The notes beneath the pieces were generated by a model. It did not search any database and was not told the DNA's origin. It was given only the letters and a program-made list of their open reading frames with translations. This document shows positions 40,501 to 48,900 of a stretch of 64,000 bases of DNA, piece after piece. Every line of letters starts with the position of its first letter. The first letter of the stretch is position 1. Position numbers and translations under genes: made by a program. The DNA is from Anaerolineae bacterium. Its GTDB lineage: Bacteria > Chloroflexota > Anaerolineae > Epilineales > JAHCIE01. The stretch lies in the NCBI GenBank assembly GCA_046328535.1, contig JAXLWJ010000004.1:87800-151799 (forward strand), read 5' to 3'.

Positions 40501-41294
40501 GGCGCAACGATGGGGGGCGCGCTGTCGCCGAAGCGCGAGAAGTCCACGACCATGTGCAGCCGGCTGTCGTCCGCGCCGCCCTCGTTGGGCATCGTCAGGT
40601 CGAGAATCTGTCGCCTGGCGCGGCCGGCGCCGTCCACCCACAGCTCGCCCGTGCCGCGCATCGCCGCCAGGCGCGCGCTGCGGCCAATCGTCACGCCCTG
40701 GGGAACCCGGCCGGCCAGGAGCTTCGCCATGCGCGCCTGCTGGTACTCGGCGTAGCGCCCGCCGTCTACCGTGAACGTATAGCGGTCGAGGCTCCCGCCC
40801 GCCGTGCGCACCGGCTCCGCCGGCGTGACATCCACCACGGCGCTGAGGTAGCCGAGATAGTCGCCGTCGGGCAGCGAGCCGTCGAGGGGGTTGTCCACCG
40901 CCTGCCAGCGGTCCTGGTAGCCAACGTAAGCCTTGCCGTCCACGATGCGCACGTCAATCGGGGGTGTCTTCCCGTCGGCGCGCAGGGAGAGGGCGACATT
41001 GGGCGTGTCGTCGCCGCGCCCGCTGCGCGGCACAATATCGCCTTCGACGCGCATGGCCGTCTGGCTGTCGCCGCGCCCAATGTTGGCGGCCGTTGCGCGC
41101 GGAACGAGGGTCTGGCGCACGTCGGCGGTCACGTGATACGGCGCCGCCGCCCGCGTTGCGCGCAGGGCGGCGATGACCCCGGCGTCCGGCGTGTCGCGGT
41201 GACCGTAGGCCACCCCGTAGAATGCCACAGCGGCCAGGAGCGGCGCGAGCAGCAGGCTAACAAGAACGGCGAACCGGCGATATGGGCGTCGCAT
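31533..41294 (-). CDS. Giant modular surface protein, paralog 2 (N-terminal 3253 aa intact; the C-terminal third is decayed, see pseudogene 27708-31532)
   Basis: Continuous ORF with the same domain order as copy 1 through the third beta-helix module. It ends ...DPQFGPEPCRRLD* by frameshift, where copy 1 continues ...DPQFNNPDPNGPPDYSL.... ATG at 41292-41294. Confidence 0.75.
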   Translation of the reverse strand: MRRPYRRFAVLVSLLLAPLLAAVAFYGVAYGHRDTPDAGVIAALRATRAAAPYHVTADVRQTLVPRATAANIGRGDSQTAMRVEGDIVPRSGRGDDTPNVALSLRADGKTPPIDVRIVDGKAYVGYQDRWQAVDNPLDGSLPDGDYLGYLSAVVDVTPAEPVRTAGGSLDRYTFTVDGGRYAEYQQARMAKLLAGRVPQGVTIGRSARLAAMRGTGELWVDGAGRARRQILDLTMPNEGGADDSRLHMVVDFSRFGDSAPPIVAPVAGPGGALTLPPANAAPPPTPYDAGVSSTAADVALLIVALLLAALAVVLLDPRRRRRVYAAVVGVTILSMVGAPLLNAGLFARFQTRVAEAATLQKAMGDVGALPPAADPLVTLGADLAHRATPATAARSALGQPAADVRDCRVLYTDQGIAPGDDLDGDGLSNADEWCLGTSYTSADTDRDGITDTLETQGYTDPQGKVWPLDPLLDDTNQDGIADGAVCSASADGKTLVCPDTDGDGIPDAWDGDIDNDGVPNRYDISPFGVPDPAHPGRRVTPPFRPAIDLTVGGAYTASVVYVDLQVQPQNAAHLRYALSWLDWPADDKGQIQDLDNSTQDVQLVPMLEFTTTVKPRLAAQYGVGVITVTGAADTYFRLWVPLQTVADGGQISAFSAHFALTSDEVGPSLTLNGGRIVWLARANLDSWSACKDPSGGQNAQNCQVTTDSSVIASYYDDALRVTGMQISQSRDAQIALFGAPKSPEVASAGAADEGRVMLGLVSGLVPTYLGYSQPTLAQLAQSFSVPASAPYIATFGIDPSLITTTYKTYAHRDEALATTSATTTQQLLSAAYAPCSAATTGALTPTLAVAYQESSGVLDMGSALVTIGNGDPAVQSLAPITFNVPLGQASLSTVRRVQLSQYTCILDAATQKPTWQALTIDRSLKELARRYPAAAQDPTWLPTQLLYSMLTLGLTRVVSVNGRAMPYMGQAADFTKFATWNGAAGGTTTLPDYVRTAYGLDALVADFATRGAVEAYHAWQNQVGSSDFWSYVGPMIGMPLLKLVFYSVRVYRALPGRVLVDYFALTDTSEFEDVPRLERLGQAFRASWRSWTGTSAAETEMAANLSVKDETGVEIVDEAGAAAEAKWFDRLTDLVGVGLLIYSLASLWQSYGQQSASLSGIARDDALATARASTVLNIVLWAFDVILGQFAASGVGLLVEAILLIIIYIIIGAAIGDWDPLNVIAHITEWFASMILRVDLYVNEPTVGLGPPHMVVDNGSVLSQGTLISSTIALTMTAVTTLTASSSVKSVDTSSLDLGCQFCNGRQGTIDDVKSSWAVARIDTDPGFNNGQSPSWTANYSLTNSIAAGAAADHSAICDSDDTVAGKGSKNCANTLSISMKMTQAGRNLLLPFLNQLEANLAYQKCEGFIKYNCSADMNYTYGPNPQDNPADYAQARSTLYLDILPADLDSLWGWDVKDPISNAGYAGWNTDRDGDGLPDALEAQYGTDATKWDTDGDGLSDGYEVYIAKTDPAKADTDGDGLSDGDEVRLGLDPRNKNTDGDGLLDGEEVCHLDATGKVVGGWDVRLDSGHAFHVCSDPNKADEDADGLTDSQERAAATSPWAPNTAPGLSLAVAPTTSHNGSVVTVVKPGGPVTATLNVVNTTANALDRPMTLGDDTAALGALNLLTQTGSAGYTPPTPTTGAAGLTWPFPRQPLLPGEALTATMQGTIAPSIGQSGPTTLRVTVPYTDPVANAARVLSTTRELRVDADPPSSTINAPTPGQVISATRFVVGGGAADPTSWAVKVETRIQGQTYPGGSAYDTGWQTAAGADTWSYVWAAAGDGPYRVQSRATDYVGHVETPGPGAPLVVDRTPPVAAFANVQDGQALQNIRNHTVTLTGVASDTVSGSPTVAGVSVVQLSIDNRPWRNVAEVSASPPPTAAWSYDWLLDDAQYGGHTLAVRAVDALGQVGAAARVTVFVDLLPPGDVWSNATDQVSATGVFTFEGHADDLGYVPLPARPQPLATNAGAPLDAYAAATAWVMPHGPTDSITQTVVWLGDINGDGRADFAVGLPASAVSGKAGAGQVDIVYGKAGGWPVVPAAFALDDGGGRVLGQTANGGLGAYLAPAGDVNGDGLSDFLVGDPTNNRVYLIFGQTGPLGDLGPASLAQAAYRERGKVFTVKSGAVGQWLAAAGDVNGDGFDDLLIGVTGRPGGQGAVYLVLGSNATTGPLGAAQTFALDDTATRRPVAAAAFAFPPAGAPAVGVGDLNGDRYADIAIADPTNALGGGAGVYVMLGGPSYGAHAAPPLVNPTQAANGSFHGAAGAGGQVAPLGDVNGDGLPDFAYSDGATPHIAYGRAAGWRPNMTPDVTFTYTAPAPNGPIAGVGDVNADGKNDIVLGTISGRAYLVLGATDLAQNQPVEAQLASVNKIASAPFAAGADVNCDASSDLLIASQAQGALDSLAKREARRALRAELSLGPATAPRPLTSLPTSGRGENTAAPLAAQKAAAVVTRQVDDDYCATCPNEGYMWGVTAFATIQDALNAAMSGDTIHINPGVYGPASIPAGKNDLTLQGADADAVFIDAAGGVGLQVYPPGGAGGAGVTVQRLTIRNASAAIQVNGGGAPGSTDINDPANIRIYNVLLSLDRPNSVGIDMRASNVDVRHATLVANGGGISLLSNTSPLVNAVYLRDSLLVALPNAAPRPQWWQNSGVQTVFLNTHNGFASPAGAASDWASAPTGAAAAFMTLTQAAFYDTPRGVFRLAAGSAAIGKANGGGDLGYYQYHPPVWVNPTYCEKCANNGHTWNVTAFNDIQSAIASGAQRVLVEPGLYRERVSLVNGVRIFGSGAALTVLAPPTATIGSLVSAEGVQDASLALLTLAGDGRQDGLGIDAGAQISITRAIIRNTATAVAIDGAAGGALATLSNNTLMSNVNGVAAANCGSLDVEDTVFAYHTGTALSYQGCAATRRHDFNAFWRNGQDQALPTNDPPGQGNVYADPRFENPSRLDFRPRADSPLVDAGDPSLPTPPGTGARVDIGYVQAAQAAVYVSPSYCATCLNDGLEWGVDAFTTIQDGVNHIPPIDGVFTVGVAPGTYTESLNPRSGVRLVGAGAETTVIDAGGAGNVLTLNGVTNVEVAGFTLQNAGSGAANANVVVSGYSNAITITHNILQTSGGAAAVFNNASTGVFLFNTVANNSGGGLILADPGTWVHARFNIFADNGGVGVTDSGQGQLFNAYNLFYQNSGGDSGGAVQLDPTSIQGQDPQFGPEPCRRLD

Positions 41295-41350
41295 CGTAAC
41301 ACTCCCTCGAAAATAAGCCTGGGCTGAAGCGGTGGGGCAAGGTGTTGGAC

Positions 41351-41390
41351 CACGAAAGGCGCGAAAGGGACACGAAAAACGCGAAAAAAG
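41351..41390 (-). promoter_or_regulatory. Four direct repeats TTTCG(C/T)G at about 10-bp periodicity, 57-96 bp upstream of the copy-2 start
   Basis: Plus strand reads cacgaaaggc gcgaaaggga cacgaaaaac gcgaaaaaag. In gene orientation this is TTTCGCG-TTTCGTG-TTTCGCG-TTTCGTG, with offsets of 9-11 bp. Confidence 0.35.
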
Positions 41391-41422
41391 AGTTGCTAGG
41401 CATAACAGCGGGGCGTGAAGTG

Positions 41423-41450
41423 GTAGAGACGCGCTATAGCGCGTCTCTAC
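41423..41450. repeat. Perfect 28-bp palindrome gtagagacgcgc-tata-gcgcgtctctac (12-bp stem), between the IS element and copy 2
   Basis: Read directly. No T-run follows. Could be a terminator-like hairpin or a protein-binding site. Confidence 0.45.
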
Positions 41451-41500
41451 GCTGGTGCCGCCTGCGGCGCATCCTCACGGATGAAAGTCGCGCCCCAGAT

Positions 41501-41559
41501 GCCGACTGAAGTCGGCGCTACACATCCCCCGTCTCCTGTAGCGCCGACTTCCAGTCGGC
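41501..41559. repeat. Double-hairpin element B (gccgactgaagtcggcgctaca ... tgtagcgccgacttccagtcggc)
   Basis: Same architecture as element A: two CGACT/AGTCG hairpins within an inverted-repeat frame, with compensatory stem changes. It abuts the IS630 left end. Confidence 0.5.
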
Positions 41560-41590
41560 TCTCCGCAAGGCACGGCGTCGTCGTGGCCCG

Positions 41591-42756
41591 GCGTCGCCGC
41601 CGATTTATGAACTTTAACAAAATAGGCCAGTCATAGACCGACATAGCGCAGCAAATCCGACGAGGCCTCGGCGTACTGGTCGAGCCAGGCTTGAACCAGG
41701 CTCTGTAGGTCGGGCCAGCGATCCGCCAGATCATGCTGATGCAACAACTCTTGGTACAGCTTGCGCCAGACCTTCTCGATGGGGTTCGTCCACGGCGCGT
41801 ACGTCGGCAAGGGCAGCAACAGGATCTTGGTGTTGACCAACGCCGCCAGCACGTCAGGATGGAAGTGGACGGGCCAATTGTCGAGCACAACGAAGATGAG
41901 GTCAACGTCAGGATACGCCGCGTCCAAGGCCTTGAAGTAGCGGATCAAGGTGTGGCGGTCGAACTTGGCGCGTACCAAGTGAACCGTCGCCCGGTTCGCT
42001 CGCATAGAGGGTGCCAGCGATGCGACGCTTGCGCGTGGAGGCAGACCCTGACGGGCATGCGGCTTGTCGCTGCGGCACGGGCATAGCCCTGAGACGCTGG
42101 GCGCACATAAGTCAACTCGTCTGGTAGAGCAGCGCACGCCCTTGCAGGCTCGGCGTGCGCCAGCGCCCGCGCTTGCCCGATGAGGGCCATCTTCTCGTCG
42201 TAGGCCAGGTCGGGCGAGTGGACGTAGCGGCTGGCCACGTTTGTAGTGCACCGAAGCCGCAGGATCTTGTGCACGCCGGGCAATGACAGCGTCTTCAGCC
42301 AGGGTACAGCCTGGCGCAGGGTGCCACCGCGAACGGGCAGGCCGACCAGGCGCGGCGGGTGGTGGATGATCGTCCCTCAGCCTGGGCCTCTCCGCCGTCG
42401 CGTGCTGAGGGGAAAGCGGGCTTGCGCCCGCGTCCCGCACGAATGCGTAAGCCGTCCAGCCCTTCCGCTAAGTAGTGGATCCAGCCTCGAACCGTGTCTT
42501 TGTCGCGCCGCTTCAGCAGACCGTGGGCGGCGATGTCACGGGTGGATTGGCCGCCGATGGACTTGATGATGGCGGCAGCCTGCTCGCGGACATACGGCAG
42601 CGGATGCGTGTCGCGCGTGCGGCGTAGTTCGTCCAGTTGGGTCTCGCCAAGTCGTACTTGAACTTCTTAGGCATTGTCCTCTCCTGCTCAGACGTATGCC
42701 GTTGAGACCCTAAGTGTACTATGACTGGTCTATTTTGTTAAAGTTCATCAATCGGC
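41591..42756 (-). mobile_element. IS630/Tc1-mariner-family insertion sequence (~1.17 kb) with degenerate multi-frameshifted transposase
   Basis: 38-bp imperfect terminal inverted repeats (gccgatttatgaactttaacaaaataggccagtcatag at 41591-41628; reverse complement at 42719-42756). Minus-strand transposase fragments include an HTH region (...RGRKPAFP...) and a DDE C-terminus with DNWPVH and NPIEKVW motifs, spread across 3 or more frames. Confidence 0.75.
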
Positions 42757-42842
42757 GTCTGGTACGGTCAAGCCCGCTCAAGCAGGCTGGCTATACGACG
42801 TCGTTCCCAACCGAGCCTGCTCAGCAGGCTTCGTCCACTCAG

Positions 42843-42863
42843 CCACCGACTTCGAGTCGGTGG
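42843..42863. repeat. Hairpin element D (ccaccgact-tcg-agtcggtgg) in the 3' flank of truncated copy 3, alongside two other perfect hairpins (agcctgc-tca-gcaggct; ccgggc-cgca-gcccgg)
   Basis: Read directly. Same CGACT/AGTCG core as elements A-C. Confidence 0.4.
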
Positions 42864-42962
42864 CGAAGGCGGACGGCAACGCCCCGGACCGGCTTTCATT
42901 GCAGGCACAAGGCATCCGGGCCGCAGCCCGGACCCCTCGCTCCGTTCGGGGTGACAGCGACA

Positions 42963-45900
42963 TCAGTTGCCCGCGCCGACGTACCACGGCCCGTAGTGGC
43001 GTAGCGTCAGGTTGCCGTAGGCGTCCCGCGCCGCCAGGTGGACGTACCACGTCCCGGCTGTCGGGAAGGTCGCTGTGGTGGTTGTCACGTAAGGCGAACG
43101 GCTCACGACCTGCGTCGGCATGCTGTCGGGCGTCTGATCGGCCAGGGCCAGCATGGACACGCTGCCGCTCCCGTCGCTCGGCGGCGTCCAGGTCACCGTC
43201 ACCTGGGCCGGCGCGGTGAGGTGCTGGCCGACATCGGGCGCGAATTGTGGCGCGAAGCCGCTCGGCCCCCAGTTGTCGGCCAGGATGTACAGCTGCTGCG
43301 TCGTCGCGTGGCCCGCCGCGTCGGTCGCCCGCAACTGACCGAAGTAGTAGCGCGAGTCGGACTTGAGGGGCGGCGTCCAGGTAATGGCCCACGTCGCGCC
43401 GGGCGGGTTGCCCAGCCCTGTCACGCTGGCCGGATACCAGGCCGCCGCCGTCCAGGCTCAAGGCCACCGATGTGAGCAGCACGCCCGGCTGCGCCGCGCG
43501 CCGCCGTTCCAGCGAGCGCCAGCGTTTGCGTCACGACAAACTCACTCGACGCGCTCGGCGACGTGACGGTCAGCTCGGCGGCGCCAGGCTCAAGGTCAGC
43601 CGGGTTCGTCGCGGCCGAGGCCAGCGCGCCCGGCGTCATGCGCTGCGCCACGGCAGCCAGGGTGTAGACGCCCTCGGTGGTCGCGCTGAAAACGGCCGTC
43701 CACTTCGTCAGCGCGCCGAGGGGGGCGGCCAGCGTCGCCACGCCCACGGGCTGGCCGTTGGCGTACAGGGTGACCGCGCCCGGCCCGGTGGCGCTCGTGA
43801 AGCGGGCGTAGCCCTCGACGGTCCACATCCCGGGGCTGCCGGCCGCGCCATCGGCGGGCGAAGTGATAGTGGCGAGGTCCGTCGGCGTCGTGGCCGTGAC
43901 GGTGCGGGCCGGGCTGCGCGTCTCGTTGCCGGCCCTGTCGCGGGCGACCACGATAACCACGTGGCGGCCATCGCTGAGGGGTACGGTGGCGCGATACACG
44001 CGGCCCTGGCCGTCGTCGGCCGCCGCCGGATCGCCGACTGGATCAGCCGCCAGCGGGACGCCGTCTACGAGGAAGCTGACGGCGGCGACGTTGTCGCGCG
44101 TGCCGCGACCCGTGTCGGCATAGTCGCTGACGCGCGCCGCGATGGTGATCGCCGCCGCAGCCGTCACCAGCCCATCGCTCGGCGCGAGCCAGGTGACCTG
44201 GGGCGGGACGCTGTCGGCGATGAGCTCGCTGCGGAACCACTGGCGAGGGTCCGTCACGCGGTTGCCAGCCCCATCCACGCTGCGCGCGTACAGGCGGTAC
44301 AGGCCGTCGCCCGCGCTCGGCGTTAGCGACGCCGACCAGTACGCGCCGACCTGGCCGGGGGCGCTGACGGTCGCTGGGGTCCACGTCAGCGGCAGGGTGG
44401 CCGTGACCGGCTGCGTGCCGTCCACCACGCGGCTCAGGCCCACCTCGACGGACGCAATGCCCGCCGCGCCCGATGCGCACGTCGCGCCCTCCTTGCCGAG
44501 CAGGAGCGTCAGCGGCGCGGCCAGCCGCTCGCTGTAGCCGATGTCCACGCGCTTGCCGCCGCCGATTGGGACAGGCGCGGGCGGATCACCCGCGTCTACG
44601 GCCGGCGAGCCGCGCTGGAGGCGGTAGTCGTTGGCGGCGGGATTGGCGAATTGCGGGTCCTTGCCGACGAGGTCGTGGGGGCCGGGGGCGAGGCCTTGAG
44701 AGTAGTCAACGAGGTTGCCAAAGACGAGGTTGTAGTCGCTGAACAACTGGCTGCCGTCGTTGGTCTGAAGCCCGTTCGCGCCGTTGCGGGCAATGATGTT
44801 GTCGCGGACGTTGAACCACGTCGAGTTGGCGGTGGACGCGATGCCGTCGCCGCCGTTGCCGACGATGGTGTTGTTCAGCAGCAGCCCCGTCGCGCCGGCC
44901 AGCCATAGGCCGTGCCAGTTGTTGCGGATGAGGGCGCCGGTCACCGTAATGAAGTGGGAGCCGTTCCCAATCTCGATGCCCGCCGCCTGTGGGTTGCCTA
45001 GCCCCTGCCCGCTGATGGTCAGGCCGCTGACCTCGACGTGCAGGGCATTGGCGATGCGAATGACGCTTTGTGGGCTGCCCCCCCCATCAATCACGGTCTT
45101 GTCCGCGCCGCTGCCGATGAGGCGCACGTCGCTGGGCAGGCTCACGCTGCCGGCATACACGCCCGGCCCGACGCCGACGGTGAGCGGGAGGCCGCACTGT
45201 TCGCTGCGTTGACAGTTGACGCCGAGGGCGCTCTGGAAGCGGCTCGCGGCGGCGACGGCGTCCTGAATCGTGCCGAAGGCGTCCACGCCCCAGTCCAGGC
45301 CGTCGTTGACGCACGTCGCGCAGTAGCTGTCGTCGGCGTAGAACGACGCCTGGCCTGTCTGCGCGTAGCCAATGTCCACGCGCCCGCCGCTGCCGGGCGG
45401 CGTCGGGTCGTAGGGGTCGCCGGCGTCAATGGCTGGCGAGCCGACCCGGGGCCGATAGTCGTGGCGCGAGAGGTCCTCGAAGCGCGGGTCGGCGAAGACC
45501 TCCCCCGCCCCCGGCTGGCCGACGGCGCTCCCGTCGAGGGCGAGATCGCGGCCGTTGCGCCAGAACAGATTGTAGGTGTGGAGGCGCGTCGCGGCGCAAC
45601 TCTGGAGGTCGAGGGCCGCGCCAGGGTTGAAGGCGAAGACGCTGTTGCGCACCTCGACGGCGCCGCAGCCGGGGTTCACGACACCGTTGGTGTTGTTGAC
45701 CAGGGTATCGTTGACGACGCGCAGCGGGCTGGCCGGGTCGCCACCCTCGACGCGGATGGCGTCCCCCGTCTGGCGGATCACGGCGCGCGCGACGGTGACG
45801 GCGCGAGCATTGTTCTTCAGGTGGACGCCGATGCCGCCACCGCTGCCAGCGACCGTGAGACGCGCCAGGGTCGCGCCGCTGATGCCGTCGGCCTGCACGA

Positions 45901-48900
45901 TGGCGGTGGGCGAGATCGGAGCGCCGCTGACGATGGTCGCGTCCGCGCCAGAACCGATGACCTGCACGCCGCTGACGAGGGAGAACGGCTCCTGGTAGAC
46001 GCCCGGGCCGAGGAGGACCTGCCCGGCGCCGCTGCCGATGGCCGCCTGGATGCTGGCGAAGGCGTCCTGCCCCCAGGTGTAGCCGTCGTTGCGGCACGAG
46101 GCGCAGTAGATGGGCGAGACGTGGGCCGCCGCGCGATAGGTGCGGTAGCCGGCGGTCAGCGCCGACCCCGCGCCGGCGCGGTAGACGCCGTGGACGGGGT
46201 CCACGAAGCGGGCGGCGTCGAACGCGATGGGCGGCTGAGGCGGGGCGGGGGACCATGCCCCACCGCCGACCCACTGGCTGCCCGTCGTGTCGAAGTCACC
46301 GAAACCGGCGGACAGGTTGAGCCACTGCGGGGCGGCGGCCGCCGCCGGAGCGGCGAAGGCGACGTGGTCCAGGGTCAACTGGCGCGGGTAGGCGTTGAGG
46401 GGGCCGTAGCGCATGAAGGCGTTCTGGGGCGCGTCGCCGGGCGTCGCCACGTACAGATAAGCGCCCTGGCGGACGAAGCCGCCCGGCAAGGGCAGAATCG
46501 TGTACGGGATGGCCGTCCACGCGTTGGCCGCGATCGAGTAGGCGAGCAGGCTGGACGAGCCGCTCGTGGCAATGGCCCGCGCGTAGATCGTCCCCGCGCC
46601 ATCCCAGGCCGGCGGGCTGTCGCCCATCGGCAGCGGCGCGTCGGCCAGTTTCTGAAATGCGCTCGTCGCCAGGTTGTAGGCGTACCAGGACTGCTCCTCG
46701 AAGGCGGTTCTGATGTAGATCACGCCGTTGGCCCAGGCGATGGACGACCCGTGGAACAGGTTGAGATAGTCCGGCAGGGTGGTCAGTTTCGTCGCTGCGC
46801 CGGAGGCGATGTCGTAGCGGTACAGGCCGCTGTCTATCGGCGACACGGCATAGAGCGCGTCCGCGCCGTCGCTCGTCAGGGCGGGCGGCACGGCGATGCC
46901 ATCGTTGGGGCTTGGGAAGAGCGCGCCCGACAGCGCCTGCCAGGTGTCCGTCGCCGGCTGGTAGCGGTAGAAGGCCGGCCGCGCCGGGCAGAACGTCTGC
47001 GTGCAGGCCGCGTCCACGCCGACACTGGCGACGTACAGCGCGCCGTCACTCCCGCCCACGGCGCTGTAGCTCAGCGTCGTCCGCCCACCATCCGGCATGG
47101 ACGCCCGCTGGAGCCAGCTATTGGTCAGCACGTCGTAGCGGTACAGCGTGAACGGCGGCGCGGCGCTCGGCAGCGCGTAGATCGCCCCGTCCGCCGCGGC
47201 GATTGTGCCGGCGACGGCCGCCGTCGGCGCGGCGAGCGTCTCCCAGGGGCTGAGCTGGCCGGTCGGCGGCGCTCCCGCTGTGACGGAGATGAGCTGCTGC
47301 GCCCCGACTGCCCCGACGATGGTGCTGTCGCGCAGGGTCAGCGCGCTGAGGGCGTCCATGACGATGCCCTTGCCCGCCCCCTGGATGACAAGGCGGTCGA
47401 GGACCGTGCTGGCGCCGGGCCGGCGGAATTCCTCCTGCCCGGCGTTGTGGAGCCGGACGCCGACGCCCGTCGCGCCGCGCCGGGCGAGGCCGGATAGGCG
47501 CACGCCCACCGAGTCGTGGATCGAGATCTCGGGGTCGCCCTGGACGAACACGGCGTCGGGGTCTATGCCGAGGACGCTGAGGCCGTCCTTGAATTGCCCT
47601 ATCTCGAACGGGCCGTAGACGCCGCTGCCCACGTGGATCGTGGAGCCGGCCTGGGCCGCGCTGACCGCCGACTGAATGTCCCCGAAGGCGTCAACGCCCC
47701 ACGTGTGGCCGTCGTTGGTTCCCGCCGGCCGGTAGTCGTCGTCCACGTACAGGGTTTGCGGGCGGGCGGACAGCCGCACCTCCCAGTTGTTGGCGGCGGT
47801 GACCCAGCGCGCCAGGTCGGCGCGGCCGTCACCGTCGAAGTCGCCCTGGAACCCGATCACACTGGTGTAGAGGGCGTAGCTGTTGTCGAGGTTGTTCCCG
47901 ACGCGCTCGAAGTGCAGGCCGGTCGCCGTCGGCATGGAAATGCGAATGTCCCACGCGCTGATACTGGTGTTGAAGACCGCCAGGTCGGCGCGGCCGTCGC
48001 CGTTGTAGTCTGCCGTCGCCGCTGAGTAGGCGAAGAAGCCCGGCGTCATGGGCAGGTCGCCCAGGTCGCTGCTTACGGCGTCGAAGGTCAGGACGCCGTT
48101 CACCACGCCCCGGGCGAGGCGGAAGTCCCAGGCCGCGTTCTGGTAGCAGACGAGGTCGAGCTTGCCGTCGCCGTCGAAGTCGCCCTGGCCGATGGCGCCG
48201 GCGTTGCCGTTGCAGTACGCCCCCAGGTTGGTGGGCAGCCGCGTGAACTGCACGCGTTCCGGGGACGTCGAGCCGTCGGACTTGTAGAAGAACCACTCCT
48301 CGCCGGCGTAGCTGACAATGTCGGCCTTGTGGTCGCCGTCGAAGTCCCCCGCGATGCTGTACATCGCCGCGTTGTCCTGCGCGGAACCGAGGGTCACGTT
48401 GCTGTAGACGTGGTTGAAGACCAGCTGACCGTTGGAAAGCCCCTGGCCGAGGTAGATATCGTTGTTGCCCTTCACGTTCGCGGCCGCGTCGAGCAGGCCG
48501 TCGCCGTCGAAGTCGCCGCGCAGGTAGCCGAAGACGCCGAACTCGTCCGGCGCGGGCAGCCCCACCGCCACCTGCTCGAAGGCGATGCTGCCGTCGGCCT
48601 GCCGCCCGCGCGACAGCCGCGCATCCCACGCGCCGTTCAGCCCGACCCACAGGTCGGCGCGCCCATCGCCGTCGAGGTCGTTGACATACGCGAAGTGATT
48701 GCTGTCGGTGACGAGGAAGTCCGACAGATTGTGGGGCGTCGGCACGAGCCACGCGCCCGTGAAGGGCGACGGCGGCTCGTCCCCCACCAACCCCGCCTCG
48801 CTGCTCGGCTCCCCTTCCTCCCCCACAAGTGGGGAAGGGGGACAGGTGAAAGGATGGAGGAGGGACGCGCTGCCGCCCTTGAACCTCCCCCCTTTGGGGG

